NCBI GenBank assembly: GCA_905178155.1
Contig: CAJINV010000005.1
Location: 2,668,054 to 2,732,053, forward strand
Length of the DNA: 64,000 nt
From: Amoebophrya sp. A120
Lineage: Eukaryota; Protista; Dinoflagellata
Reading direction: 5' to 3'
The position numbers were made by a program, and so were the translations under genes. Positions 25,401 through 36,400 of this stretch are shown here, piece after piece (position 1 is the first letter of the stretch; each line of letters starts with the position of its first letter). Under the pieces are notes generated by a model, which was not told the DNA's origin, did not search any database, and was given only the letters and a program-made list of their open reading frames with translations.

Positions 25401-27601
25401 CAGGCCGAGGACCTATCCCTGTACGCACGAAACCAGTGTGGGGACACCCCGGGGAGGAGCGCGACCGACCACACGGCGACCCTAGCGGCGGCAGCCGCGG
25501 ACTCGCTGCGGATGGAAGGGCAAGAGGCGCGCAGCGTGCTTCCTGGACTTGAGCTCTGCATTCGAAAGGGTGCCGATCCCGCTGTTCCTCAATGGGCTGC
25601 TACGCAGGAGCGCCGAGTTCAAAAACGCAGCGAGAAGGCAGGAGCTTCTGCTGCTCACGCGGTGGGTCCGCTCCTTTGTCACCGGGCGTTCGAGGGTCGT
25701 GCGGTTCAGCGAAGAAGTGTCGCAAGCGGTGCCACTCCGGCAAGGGGTGCCCCAGGGCACGTGCCTAGGGCCGTTCGTCTGGTGTAGTTTTGTAGACGTG
25801 CTACTCCAGGAACTGGCAGAGCGGTGCCCGAAGGTGCAGGTGCTGGCGTACGTGGACGACCTCGCGCTGACCTGCGAGTACGAAGAGAACACAAAGAGCG
25901 AAGCACAGGCACAGCTCCAGCACGCGTCGGACATCGTCTCAGACTTCTGCAAAGCGAGCAATGTGGAGCTCTCCCCCGGGAAGTGCGCGTATACGGTCTT
26001 CCAGACGGAGTTCGCGTGCGAACTCGACGAGTTGCGCCTCACAGGCTCCGGCGAATCACTGGTCTATGAGGCCTGCCCCAGATTCCTGGGAGTGTGGTTC
26101 GACCGGCGGCTTACCTTCAGCAAGCACTACCAGGTGATGAGCGAAACAATCACCAAGCGAATGGCTGCCGTGCGGATCCTCAGCAGATCCACGCACGCAG
26201 GAACCAAATCCGTGAGGATGTTCTATCAGCTTTTCGCCGAAAGTGTGCTGACCTATGGCTTGCCGACGTATTGGCATGGCCTCGGCGCGAAGGAAAAGGC
26301 GGCGCTCAACAGCGTGCAGCTGGAGGGGGCGACGGAGATCCTCGGGCTTCCCAAGTTCCGGCGGGTCAACCGCAGCTGCGCGTTGATGACCGCGGGGCTT
26401 TTGCCGTTGGAAGCACTGTACAAAGTCGAGTCCGTAGCACTGGCAGCGAGAGCGTTCGCCCGGCCCCCGGCGGATGGGCTGAGGCAAATCGCGGAAAGCA
26501 CCGAAGCGGACTGGTTGACGACTGCGCTGGAGGTCATCGAGGCTTCAAACGCGGCGACGGCCACAGTCCTACCCGAAACCGGAGCCCTGCCGGGCATCGG
26601 CGCCAGCCTCCTCCACGAGGCGGAGGAACAGGGCCGGCTCCGCGCGGTCTGGCAGAGCGAGGGGCTGCCTTCGCTGGTGGACGCATTACAGCCCTCGGAC
26701 CTGGTGTTCTATTGCGACGGCTCAGTGCGCGAGTTTCAAGGAGCGGCCGGAGTCTTTGTCCACGGCTTCGGCATCCAGGGCGGGGCAGCCTGGCCCGTGG
26801 GAGTGCACACGGACTCGCTCGAGACCGAGCGCATTGCGCTGATCGCAGCCCTCCGGGGGGTGGCAACCAAAGCACTGCGAACAGAGTGCGCCACCATCTG
26901 CGCCGACAGTCAGCCCAATGTGCGCGCACTACTCAGCCCGCGGCTGCGGGACGACCTGGGCACGGAGCTCTACACCGCGACACGCGACGCGCTCGCGTCC
27001 TGCAGGATGCTGGTAGTCCGGTACGTGCCCGGCCACGCAGGAATTGCGGGAAACGTGGTGGCCGACCACCTCGCAGGGTTGGTACGCCAACGAGCCAGAC
27101 CTGCAGGAAGAAGGGGAGCCAATCACACACCGCCAGTGCAAAACCGAGGCCAGGAGAGTGGTGCGGAACGCATTGCGCCAGGACCTGGAGGACAAACAAC
27201 ACCAAGCAGAAACCCGGAGCAAAACCGCGACCACCCTCGCAACAGCAGGGGGGTGGGGTCAGGACCTCACCGCGGACGGAGTGGGCCGAACCGGCCAAGC
27301 GCTGTACTACGCTCTCCGCTTCGGCCTGTTAGCCGCGGAGGCATCGGGGGAGGACATGCCGCGCGCCCTGTGCGGGGCACCCTGCGCAACGACCGCGCAC
27401 TTCGTCCAATCCTGCCCAGTAACCCGCCCACTCTTCGAAGCCTCCGGGGTGCAGGGTTTAGAAGAGTGCAAAAAGAAATGGAGCGGCGCAGCCCGCGCGC
27501 TAACGCAGGCCAGCGAACTCCTCACGCCCCTCGTGGGCCCGTTCCCGGCGGTGCGGCACCTCTGCTGGGCAGGAGGCCGGTCAGACAGCGCGGAGGCGTA
27601 G
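19471..27601 (+). pseudogene. LINE polyprotein: Q/P-rich and hydrophobic N-terminus, C2H2 finger, APE endonuclease, reverse transcriptase, RNase H, C-terminal Cys/His motif; disrupted
   Basis: C2H2: FKCTAPGC..FGKHLAKAH. APE: LQWNAQSL, LQEIW, GVYTPP, WDANH, GDH. RT: AGPDDI, PKPG, RPVALTSCLAKVWER, FLDLSSAF, GVPQGTCLGP, YVDD, FLGVWFD. RNase H: YCDGS, ETERIAL, ADSQ, YVPGHAGIAGNVVAD. C-terminus: LCGAPCATTAHFVQSC. Interrupted by a 918-bp element and four 4-bp insertions. Confidence 0.9.
21844..22761. mobile_element. Non-autonomous TIR element (918 bp) inserted in the LINE ORF
   Basis: Imperfect TIRs TTCGCAGGATTTCCACCCTAACGC.. and ..GCGTTAGGGGCAAAATCCGGCAAA. 6-bp duplication AAGACA (21838-21843, 22762-22767). 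A/T-tract-rich interior. Removal restores the frame (..PQAKT|APNTQER..). Confidence 0.85.
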
Positions 27602-27793
27602 CACACAACAGAATCAAAACACAAGACAACTCTCTGACCATCAGAAACCCGCTGGCGCTGTAACAAATTAGTGATCCACCCTGCAGAAGCAACCAGACGC
27701 AGGCCATGGCGGTGATTTTACATTCGCGAAGTTCTATCGGACGTTGAAGGAGTACGAGCCTGCTGCTATGCTCCTGCACCACGCGCGAAATTT

Positions 27794-28233
27794 CGGAGCA
27801 GGGTTGCGCCCTCCTTCGGGGAGGCGTTGAAGGGGGCGCACCCCTCAGGTACTCTGTTATGCGTTCCGCTAAGTTTACGCCATGCTTCAGTAGTGGTCCG
27901 AAGTTGCAACCTCAAGATTCTTGCAGTAAGTGCGGCCCCGTTCCTGTTCTTTCCCTGCCGTTACAACGCAGGTTTTTCCCCGCCCACGACCGCTGCCCCG
28001 CGTAGCACACGCTGCTCCACACCCTCCCGTCCCCTACCGGCAACAACGACGCACTCTGCTCTACGACCTCCACTCCGTACCCAGCACACCAGGCCAGATG
28101 CGGGAGCCAGTACACCGTCGTGACCACACCCCACAGAAGACACCCGCACAAGCAAGGGGAGCGGGACCGGGTTGCATCTTTCCCCTGAGGGCGGGGAGAG
28201 GTGCACCCCTCAGGTACTCTGTTACGCGTTCCG
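27794..28233 (+). repeat. Two copies of a structured motif in the LINE 3' region (27794-27868, 28158-28233)
   Basis: GCACCCCTCAGGTACTCTGTTAYGCGTTCCG is conserved. The preceding GGGTTGC...GCACCC hairpin differs in sequence but pairs in both copies. Confidence 0.7.
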
Positions 28234-30259
28234 GTTTCTCATCATGATGCGGTGTGAAAGATGTTACGACGATACTAGCGACATCCTGCATTACTCTCTC
28301 TGCCCGGTCTGCCCCCGCCCACACACAACCCACAGGTATGTGGGCCCAGAGCTGTCAAGCCCCCTGCAGTCGCTCGTGGAGATCCCAACATGCCCGGCGA
28401 GGCAACAGAAAGAAAGCTGATTGGGCTTGAAGTTGAAAGAAGAAAATTTGAAATGCGTAACTTTTTGATCTTTCGCAAAAAACTCTAATTCAGACCTTGA
28501 ACCTTCTCCAGACATGTAGTTGACTTTCACGGAAAATCCAGAAACAGAAACACTCGATGCGAAAGATAGGAAATTAAGTTTTTATTTTGAAGACAAGCTC
28601 GTGCTCCGTATTTTGAAGATCGAAAGCTCAAAAACAGAAAACGATCAAAGCATCGTGATTCTCGGGGTAGCCAGACGCAATTTATTTCTTTTTACCAACG
28701 TAGTAGTAGTCGCAAGCAGGTGCAATTTTTCAGCGAAATCGCAAAGAGGCGTTTTTCAAAAAGTTTTTCTGTAGCGAAAAGTAGAAGTAGTCTAGGGCGT
28801 CTGTAGTTGTCTTTTTTTCAGAGCAAGCTCTCAAAGCAAGAGGTTTTTTGTTGAAATAGCTCTAGAGAAAAAGGTGCGTAAACGCGTTCCCACCTTCTCG
28901 CATGAACACAAACAAACAAACAGCAAGTCGATGACCTGTTGTTGCAAGTGGAAGTCTTATGATCGACGTATTTCATACAACAAAAAAAGATATGCAAAAA
29001 GAGCATCTGAACTCACTTCAGTGACGGCTGCTTGTTCGGTTCCCTAGTTTAGTCAGGGAGGCAGGTAATATCTTCCCACATTCATATCGCGAGCCATTTC
29101 AACAAAAGCGTGCTCAGCAGTTCCACGTCGCGAAGCACGCTGGCCCCACCTGGGGTTGGGAGACGTAATTTCGGTGAAGACCCGTTTGTCAAACTACATG
29201 CCTCCCTAGCTAGCTAGTGGAAGATAAAACTGAAGCAGCCGCTAGCTAGCTGCGTGTGCCTTGCCTGAAACATTCATCAGCCAAAGAATAAGCTTTCACA
29301 ACCTTCACATCGAAAAACTTCTTTCTGCGCGATGCATCACAACATCAAACGTTATTTCCTTTGCAATGTGTAGCTGTAGCTGCAGCACTTTTTTTCTTCG
29401 ATGCTTCTAGTTGTTTTTTTTTTCAAATCAACAACATTTTTTTTAGTTGTGATGGAGTATCACTTTTTTATTTTTCAAGTTCATGTTCAATCAAAAGAAA
29501 GTACGAATAATATGTACTAGACTACTACGCCGGCGTCCTTTCAAGTTCAAAAGAAAGTACGAATGATATGTAGAATGTTGATCTGGATAAAGGAAGGAAC
29601 CTGTTAGTTTGTCGTCAAAGGAACACTTTGTAAATTGAAATTTGACAACTTGAGACTGGGGGAGCGTAATGACCGCCGCCGCTGTTGCTTTCAAAAGTTG
29701 TAAATGAAACCGAACATTTGGAACGAAAGAGAGAAGCACTTCCGTGATGTTGATGTGTCCAAAGAAAATCAAGGCGGTTCCCGAACCGACTGGAGCGGTT
29801 GTTTCTTCCGGGTGATGCGTCGGCTTCACCCACATCACCATAATCTTGAGCAGTTGGAAATAGAAGCGGTGCCATTATTTGGTGTGAGGAGAGGCAAACT
29901 GATTTCGAAGTCGAACGTCGAAAGACGACCAAAAGAAAGAGTAACGGACGCAAGCAACCCCGTGTGCGGTTTTTTTGCAGCCTAGCAAACTGGTGATGCT
30001 GAAGGTGCATTGATTTGTATTTTCTAGACTGTATGGTTGCCAGTATACCATGACGAGTGATGCCGCTTCACTCATGCGTCAGCAGCTTGTATGTGAACTC
30101 GCTCTCACTGGTGATCCGATAAACGTTTATCATTGATCATGCACTCGACTACGGCTGCTGGGGCTGCCGGCTCTATTGGCATCTTGTTTCCTTGTTCATG
30201 ACTAGCGTGGAAGGGATACCCATTTTGCTCAGAAAGTCAGTAAACACAAAGTACTTATC

Positions 30260-30946
30260 ATGGCGGGCTACAACTCCTATGCAGCGCAGCGTCGTATTGG
30301 CACGAGCGGCGCACCACCTGACAGAGGGTCTTTCCCCCTCGACCACTGGAACGATTGCACGTTTTTGAAAGACGACTATTTGTCCTGCCTCCGACGCAAT
30401 AAAATGGACAACCTGTCCTGCCGATATTTGACGAAGCAATACCTGCAATGCCGCATGGAGCACAACCTCATGTCGCAAGAGGAGTATTGTTATACTTGGT
30501 GTTTTTGATGAACAAGGTCAAGAAGAAAAGACTGCATAGTCCAGATTTCACTTTGATTTTCGCCACCAGCGATACAGTGTAGAAATGTTTTTCACTGGAG
30601 ACGATTTCTTCATGCTCCTCCTGCTGCGTTACTAGTGTTAGACTTTACACTTTTTTTAGATGATCTGTTTCCCACTTTCAGCCTTCCCTCCCTCGGTTTC
30701 CGGGAAAACGCGCAGGAAGTCGAGAGAGAGCCCCGTAGCCAGGAATCCGATGCGCAGAGACGACAACGAGACGGCTACATGCCAGGATACAACGCACTGG
30801 TGCTCGAGGATCGGGATAAGTGGCGAATTCTTCGGATTTTCAGCATGCCAGACGTCACGACAGCGAGGCAGTGGCTACAAGCGATGTTTCTGCTGGAGCC
30901 AGAAAGGCGGGATAAGGAGTTGTCTTCGGGGAAACCAAAAACATGA
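30260..30946 (+). CDS. COX19: Cytochrome c oxidase assembly protein COX19 (twin CX9C), 2 exons
   Basis: PPDRGSFPLDH..C-x9-C..C-x9-CRMEHNLM. GT-AG intron 30484-30681 gives ..SQEDLPSLGF. Confidence 0.9.
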
Positions 30947-31280
30947 CAGCCATTCGCATGATAGATAAGATTAAAACGTCATCAAGCGCTGGAATTTAAT
31001 CCAACAGATACAGATAGCTTCATTCACTTCGCACGGACTTCAAAACCTCTGAACCGTGGCACGGACAGCGCCGCGTTTTCGTTTTCCTGTTCATGAGGAG
31101 CAGTGAGAGAGGACAATTACCATACTTAAAATTTACACTGTGACTGTGCGAGGAGAGGTATTGAACTGAACGGCACTCGACGTTCTTGTTGTGACGAGAT
31201 GATCACGATTGCTGTTTACTTCTTGGCGAGCTAAGAAGAAGACCCGGACTAAATATACCAAAAACATCATCATCATCAAA

Positions 31281-32837
31281 ATGTCCTCGTCCTCCAGTTC
31301 CTCCGGTCAGTCCCTGCAGTCCCGGCTGCTCGCCGGTGCGGGCGGTGGTTTTATTGCGGAGTCGATCACTTTACCCACTGATGTCATCAAGGTCCGCCTC
31401 CAGCTGCAGCAAGCCACGTCGAGCGCAGGCGCGAGCACGGCGGGCGGTGCGCCAGCAAACGGCGTGTACTACAATGGAATGTTGGATTGCGGGATGAAAA
31501 TTGCCAAGGCCGAGGGCGTGGCGGGGTTATGGAAGGGCTACACGCCGGCGATTCTGCGCCAGGTGTCCTATTCCAGTTTGATGATGGTGCTGTATGAGCC
31601 GGTTCGCAACGGCTTGTCCAAAATGTCCGAGTACGCTTGCCCGTGTACTAGTGGTGGAGGGACAACAAGTGCAAAAAATGGTGCTCCGCAGAACTCATCG
31701 TCAAGAAACACCTCTTCGACATCCGGGTCAAGTTCGTCATCCTCTAATGCAACAGCAAACACCACCGCAAGAACCGGCGTTCAGTCATCCCCGCCCGCAA
31801 CAGCAAAGCCATCGTTTCTTTTCCGCCTCTGTGCCGGGGGCATTGCCGGCGGCACCAGCATCGCCATTTTCAATCCCTTCGAGGTTGCGAAAACGAAAAT
31901 CCAGGGGCACCTCGGCGGGCGGCTGTCGATTTTTTCCGTCTTCCGTGACGTGTACAAAGTGGACGGGATTCCGGGCTTCTGGAGCGGGGTGAAGCCGAAT
32001 GTGATGCGGACCTTTCTCGTGAACGCGGCCGAGCTGGGAACCTACGACCAAGCCAAAACCGAGTACTTCGTCCCCTATTGTGGGGACGGCCTCGCGGCGC
32101 ACGTGGGCGCGTCGGGCGTAGCGGTATGAAAGCCTCAGAATGGAAGTCCTCAGAGTGGAAATGATTTGCGATGCATGAAATGCGACGCAAAAAAGACTGC
32201 ATTGCAGAGGACGCAACGGAGGCCGACTATTGTCCTCCTAGGGGTGAAAAATTGGAGTGCTGCTTAGCACGAGAGAAGGACACCACTTTGCCATAACCTG
32301 CATGACAGACATGCTTTGAGTGCCCGGAAAATTTGTCATGCGCCGACGACAAATGGCGCTTCAACTGGAGTCGTTTTTTTGCATTACAAATCATTTCCAC
32401 ATTGAGGATTTCCAACCTGAGGCCTTTATAAGCGGGATTCGTGTCGGCCTGTGTCAGTACGCCGGTAGACGTAGTGAAGACCAGGTTGATGAACTCGGCA
32501 GGTAGATCTTGATCTGCTACTTTCTTCATCATGTGTCATCATTACATACATGAACATCAACAGTCACAATTCGTATCGCATACGGAAAATAAGGCTGTTT
32601 GTGCTTCTGCTTCCCATGCTGTTTATCATCGTGCTGCAATAGGACTAAATCATATCGAAATGAACCACAGGTCTCGCCACGAAACAGTACTCCGGTGTCA
32701 TTGACGCCACCGTGTCAATTGTGAAGGAAGAGGGCCTCGGAGCGCTGTACAAGGGCTTCACCCCGATCTGCGTGCGCAAGCTGATTTGGGTGACGGCGTT
32801 CTTCGTCTCGTACGAGAGGATACGGCTATTGGTTTGA
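31281..32837 (+). CDS. Mitochondrial carrier (SLC25), uncoupling protein/dicarboxylate carrier-like, 3 exons
   Basis: Three PxD/ExxK motifs (PTDVIKVRLQ, PFEVAKTKIQ, PVDVVKTRLM), VNAAELGTYDQAK and EGLGALYKGF. One introner intron (~32124-32434) and one GT-AG intron (32502-32670). Confidence 0.92.
32125..32430. mobile_element. Introner family B (306 bp), exonic
   Basis: TATGAAAGCCTCAG..GTGGAAATGATTTG and CAAATCATTTCCAC..CTGAGGCCTTTATA form a ~60-bp TIR. Direct repeat AGCGG. Removal gives ASGVAGFVSACVSTPVD. Confidence 0.93.
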
Positions 32838-33478
32838 TCTTGGTAAAGATGGTGTAGGGTTGCTACGTCTAACTTAAGTATCCCGGCTGGTAGAACCGCT
32901 GACCGAAACTTTTAGTGCGTGATGAAGGACAAACAGCCGAGACAAACACGACCGCTCCGCGCTGGAAGTAGCGATCGCAAAGGAGGTGGAAGCAAACCTT
33001 GATTTGCTTTCGCTTTTGTCAATATTTGAGCGTGCACAGCAGATTCCCCATCGGATATGAATTCTTCGCAGGAGCATCTTGTGATCTACATGCTGCCCTT
33101 GATGAATGTTTCATGCCAGAACAAAACATGTAACATAAGCACTCGCCGACCTGACAAAGATATATCGTAATTGTAGGCGTATTAAAACTTCTTGTTGAAG
33201 TCTTTGTGACAGTCGATCGTCTGTCACTGTTCCTGTTGCTGTTCAGTAGTTTTGAATAAAGTGTCCTTCGACGAGGAGTAGCTACAGGCACTTACTTTAC
33301 AAGAATGAAACAACGAGCGCATGAGAATGAGAGGACAGTACAGAGCGAGCGCGTATGTCTGTTTTTCTAGCACCCACCACCTGCAATTAACGTAAACGTA
33401 CTTATCTTGAAAATTATTGGATTACCTGGTGCCCGAAAAAGGATCCGAAGAAAGTAAAAATTGTAAATACCAAAGATC

Positions 33479-36400
33479 ATGTTGCAGCGAGCGCCATCTT
33501 CCCCCAAGCCCGGTGCAGTCAGCTCTCTCAGTGCGGGGGAGCGGCATCTGTTTACGTTGGCTGCACTGTGCCTGATTCTTTTCATTGTCTTGTTTTCGTT
33601 GTTCCGGCTTTCCTCCATCTTCATCCCTTTCCTCGTCGCGTTTTTCCTCGCCCAACTACTAGAGCCCGTCGCGCTTTACTTGGCGACGCCGCGGGGGTGG
33701 CTGGCAAAGTGGATCTGGAAGCGTGAGTACGACGAGCGAGTAGCCGCGAAGGAATTCTTGGCATTGCGGGACGCAGTGGAAGAACGACGCAGAAGTAGTA
33801 CAACACACGACGCCGATAGTGATGGTCTTGGCAGTTGCGCGCAAGGAACTCGAAGAACATCAGAACCGCCAGGACCAAGACACGCTGCTCAAGATCGCGC
33901 CAGGAAGAACGGCGACCATTGCAGCTTGGCGATAATAGAGGATGCAGAAGGTGGGTGTGATCTCGGTAAGGTAAACACTCGCGACGGAGGTGTCGCAAAT
34001 CCTGGTAATACGACGAGAAGGACATCATCTTCTACCTCTTCCTCCTCCACCAGTAGGCGCTCAAGAAGGAGTCTTCGAGGAAGCGGTGAGATAGCAAGAC
34101 GAGAAGCTGCAAGTGCACACGACGAGGAAGATGCTGCGAGAAATAGCGATGTGGAGAAGGTGGAATACGACCGTGTAGTTCCGGACGTGCTTGCAGACAC
34201 CCAAGATCATCTGCAGGAGGTGAACCTCGAACTACATGCTGGCAGAAAAGAGCAAAGTCGAAGAGGCAGAGCCTCTGCCCGCCCCCGACGTGCATCCAAT
34301 ACAACAAACCTAACGTACCAAGACCTCGATCCTGAGCGGTGCTGGGTGTGCCGGGAGGTGGGGCGCAAAACCTTTCTCGTCTTCACGGACGCACTGATCC
34401 TCATCTTCTGTCTGGGTCTGCTGTTCGGGTGCGTTATCTTCCTCTATGCATTGCAAAAGTATCGTACTCGTATAAATGCAATACAAATTTCCTAAGCAAC
34501 AGCATGAGAAATACAATTTGTAATGCGGATTTGACTTGGAAACAAGATTTGTAAATGCATGACTGCAATACAACGAGTAAGATACTTTTGCACAGGATAT
34601 CCTCGTCATGGGATTGACGAACGCGTTGCACGACGCCCCTGCGGTATGTTGGAAGCGTCAGGTTTGAAATCGTCAGAGTTGAAATGATTTGCCATGCATA
34701 AAATGCAAGGCATGAAGTGCCTGTCTTGCCGGGATGGCAAGTGAGGCCGCGCGTCAGCCTGTTTAGGGTTTGAAGTAGAGCTGCTAAAGGAGCATGACAA
34801 AAGCAGTCGCCTGTGCCGAAACAGCATGACAAATTGGATTCCGGTGCTCGGAAAATTTGTCATGCGCCGCTTGGAAATTGGGCTTCCAACTGGTATCCAT
34901 TTTATGCATGACAAATCATTTCAACTTTGTCGATTTCAAAACTGACGCTTCCATACGCGGTGTTTCAGGAGTATCTGAAGGGCGAGAAACTGAAGTCTCT
35001 CATCGACTTCCTTGACAAGCACGGAATTCACAACATCACGCCGGAAACCATCATCCAGAAGATCGAGGGCCCGCTGGAAAACATCATCGGCGGACTGCTC
35101 AGCTTTCTCACCACCAGCATCTTGGCCATCATGATGCTGTGCTTTTTTCTGGTGGCGAGCCTCAGCGAGGCCCACCCGCCGTTGGCGGCGAGCTACGTGC
35201 AACTGGTGTCGCTGAAGTATGGCGCTCTCAACTGTTACATTCTCAACTGTTACATGATTTGTCATGCAAATTCACCACCAAGATCGCCACGATTAAGCTG
35301 CTTCGCATGACAAACATCCGAAGGGCTAAACAGGATCTAAATCTGTGCCAAATCTGTAATGCAAAAGGCGCATCCTTCCTCCTTTCACTTTCGCCGTTCT
35401 TGCATTACAAATCCATGTAACAGTTGAGAATGTAACGTTTGAGAACGCCATATGGAGCGGAAACTCTGCGAAGAGTGGAACTACCGCACTTCTTCGTCCT
35501 CTGGCGGAGGTGGGGACGGGTCGTATAGTTCATCTGGTGGAGCCGCAACGAGAACAAATAGAGGTGCCGGGGGCTTCGGCGTTGCCGGAGCCGCAAGTGG
35601 ATTCATCCCCTTGGAACTGCGGCGTGGCCCCGGAAGCACGCCTCTGTTCGATTTGTACAACATGGCTGGGCGCAGCGACTGCTCTACCACCTCCCTCCCG
35701 CCGTTAGCCCGTGGCTCCTCGCTCTCCTCCGGCCGGAAAAGTGCGCCGCCGGTGCTCGCGGCGGCGGACGAAAATTTACAGGAATTGCAATTCATGGCCG
35801 AGCAACAGAAACAAGGTTCAAATTGTCCTCGGAAAAGCAATTTTGTGTCCGGCACTGGCGCAACCGCGTACTCACAACACGAACTCCAATCTGGAACAGC
35901 ATCTGCTGGAGGAGTCTTTGCGCAGGATTATTTTGAAAAAACGACCATATCAACCGACGACGATTCCTCCACTGTTGCACCCTCAACGCTGGTTGAACAG
36001 CAGGGGGAGCTTCTGGACCACCAGCTACAGGTAATCACGTTGGAGGAAGTTGCTGGTGGTGCAGTTGCTGGCCCACCTTGTTATGCTCCTGCAGAACAAC
36101 TCGGCTGCACCGCAGCCGGCGGGAACTGCAACGCTACAAAAGACCCTGCCGCGACGACCTTGCAGATGCATTCTAAGAATCGGGACCCGCCCGGCGCTAC
36201 CACGACCAATAGCAAGCAGACGACCGCCCCTGCGAACAAGTCCTCTGCATCTTCTAGCGAAGAGGCCGCAAAGGTTTTCGCTGGCCAGTTTCTGAAGCAG
36301 GCCCGGCACACGATTCAGCTTTTTGTCGTGCTGAAAACCTTTCTCTCCGTGCTCGAGGGCGTGCTCGTCGGGATGCTGCTAGCCGCAGTGAAGGTCGATT

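Larger units (their letters stand above)
17300..28420 (+). mobile_element. Non-LTR retrotransposon (LINE, APE-RT-RNase H, Ingi/I-group-like architecture); boundaries approximate
   Basis: Continuous GC-rich, A/C-skewed block carrying ORF0, a polyprotein and structured UTR repeats. No convincing target duplication found by eye, so the ends are uncertain. Confidence 0.8.

Noticed and set aside
20073-27332. Long overlapping and antisense ORFs in the LINE (e.g. 23089-24957, 26094-27332)
   Set aside because: Shadow ORFs expected from high GC. The domain motifs lie in the main reconstructed frame.
28400-28630. Candidate target-site duplication for the LINE (GAAGATCGAA versus GAACATCGAA at ~17301)
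   Set aside because: Short, mismatched and not adjacent to a clear tail.
29480-29985. 93-aa ORF 29704-29985 and the nearby TCAAAAGAAAGTACGAAT duplication
   Set aside because: No homology evident. The duplication is a simple local repeat.
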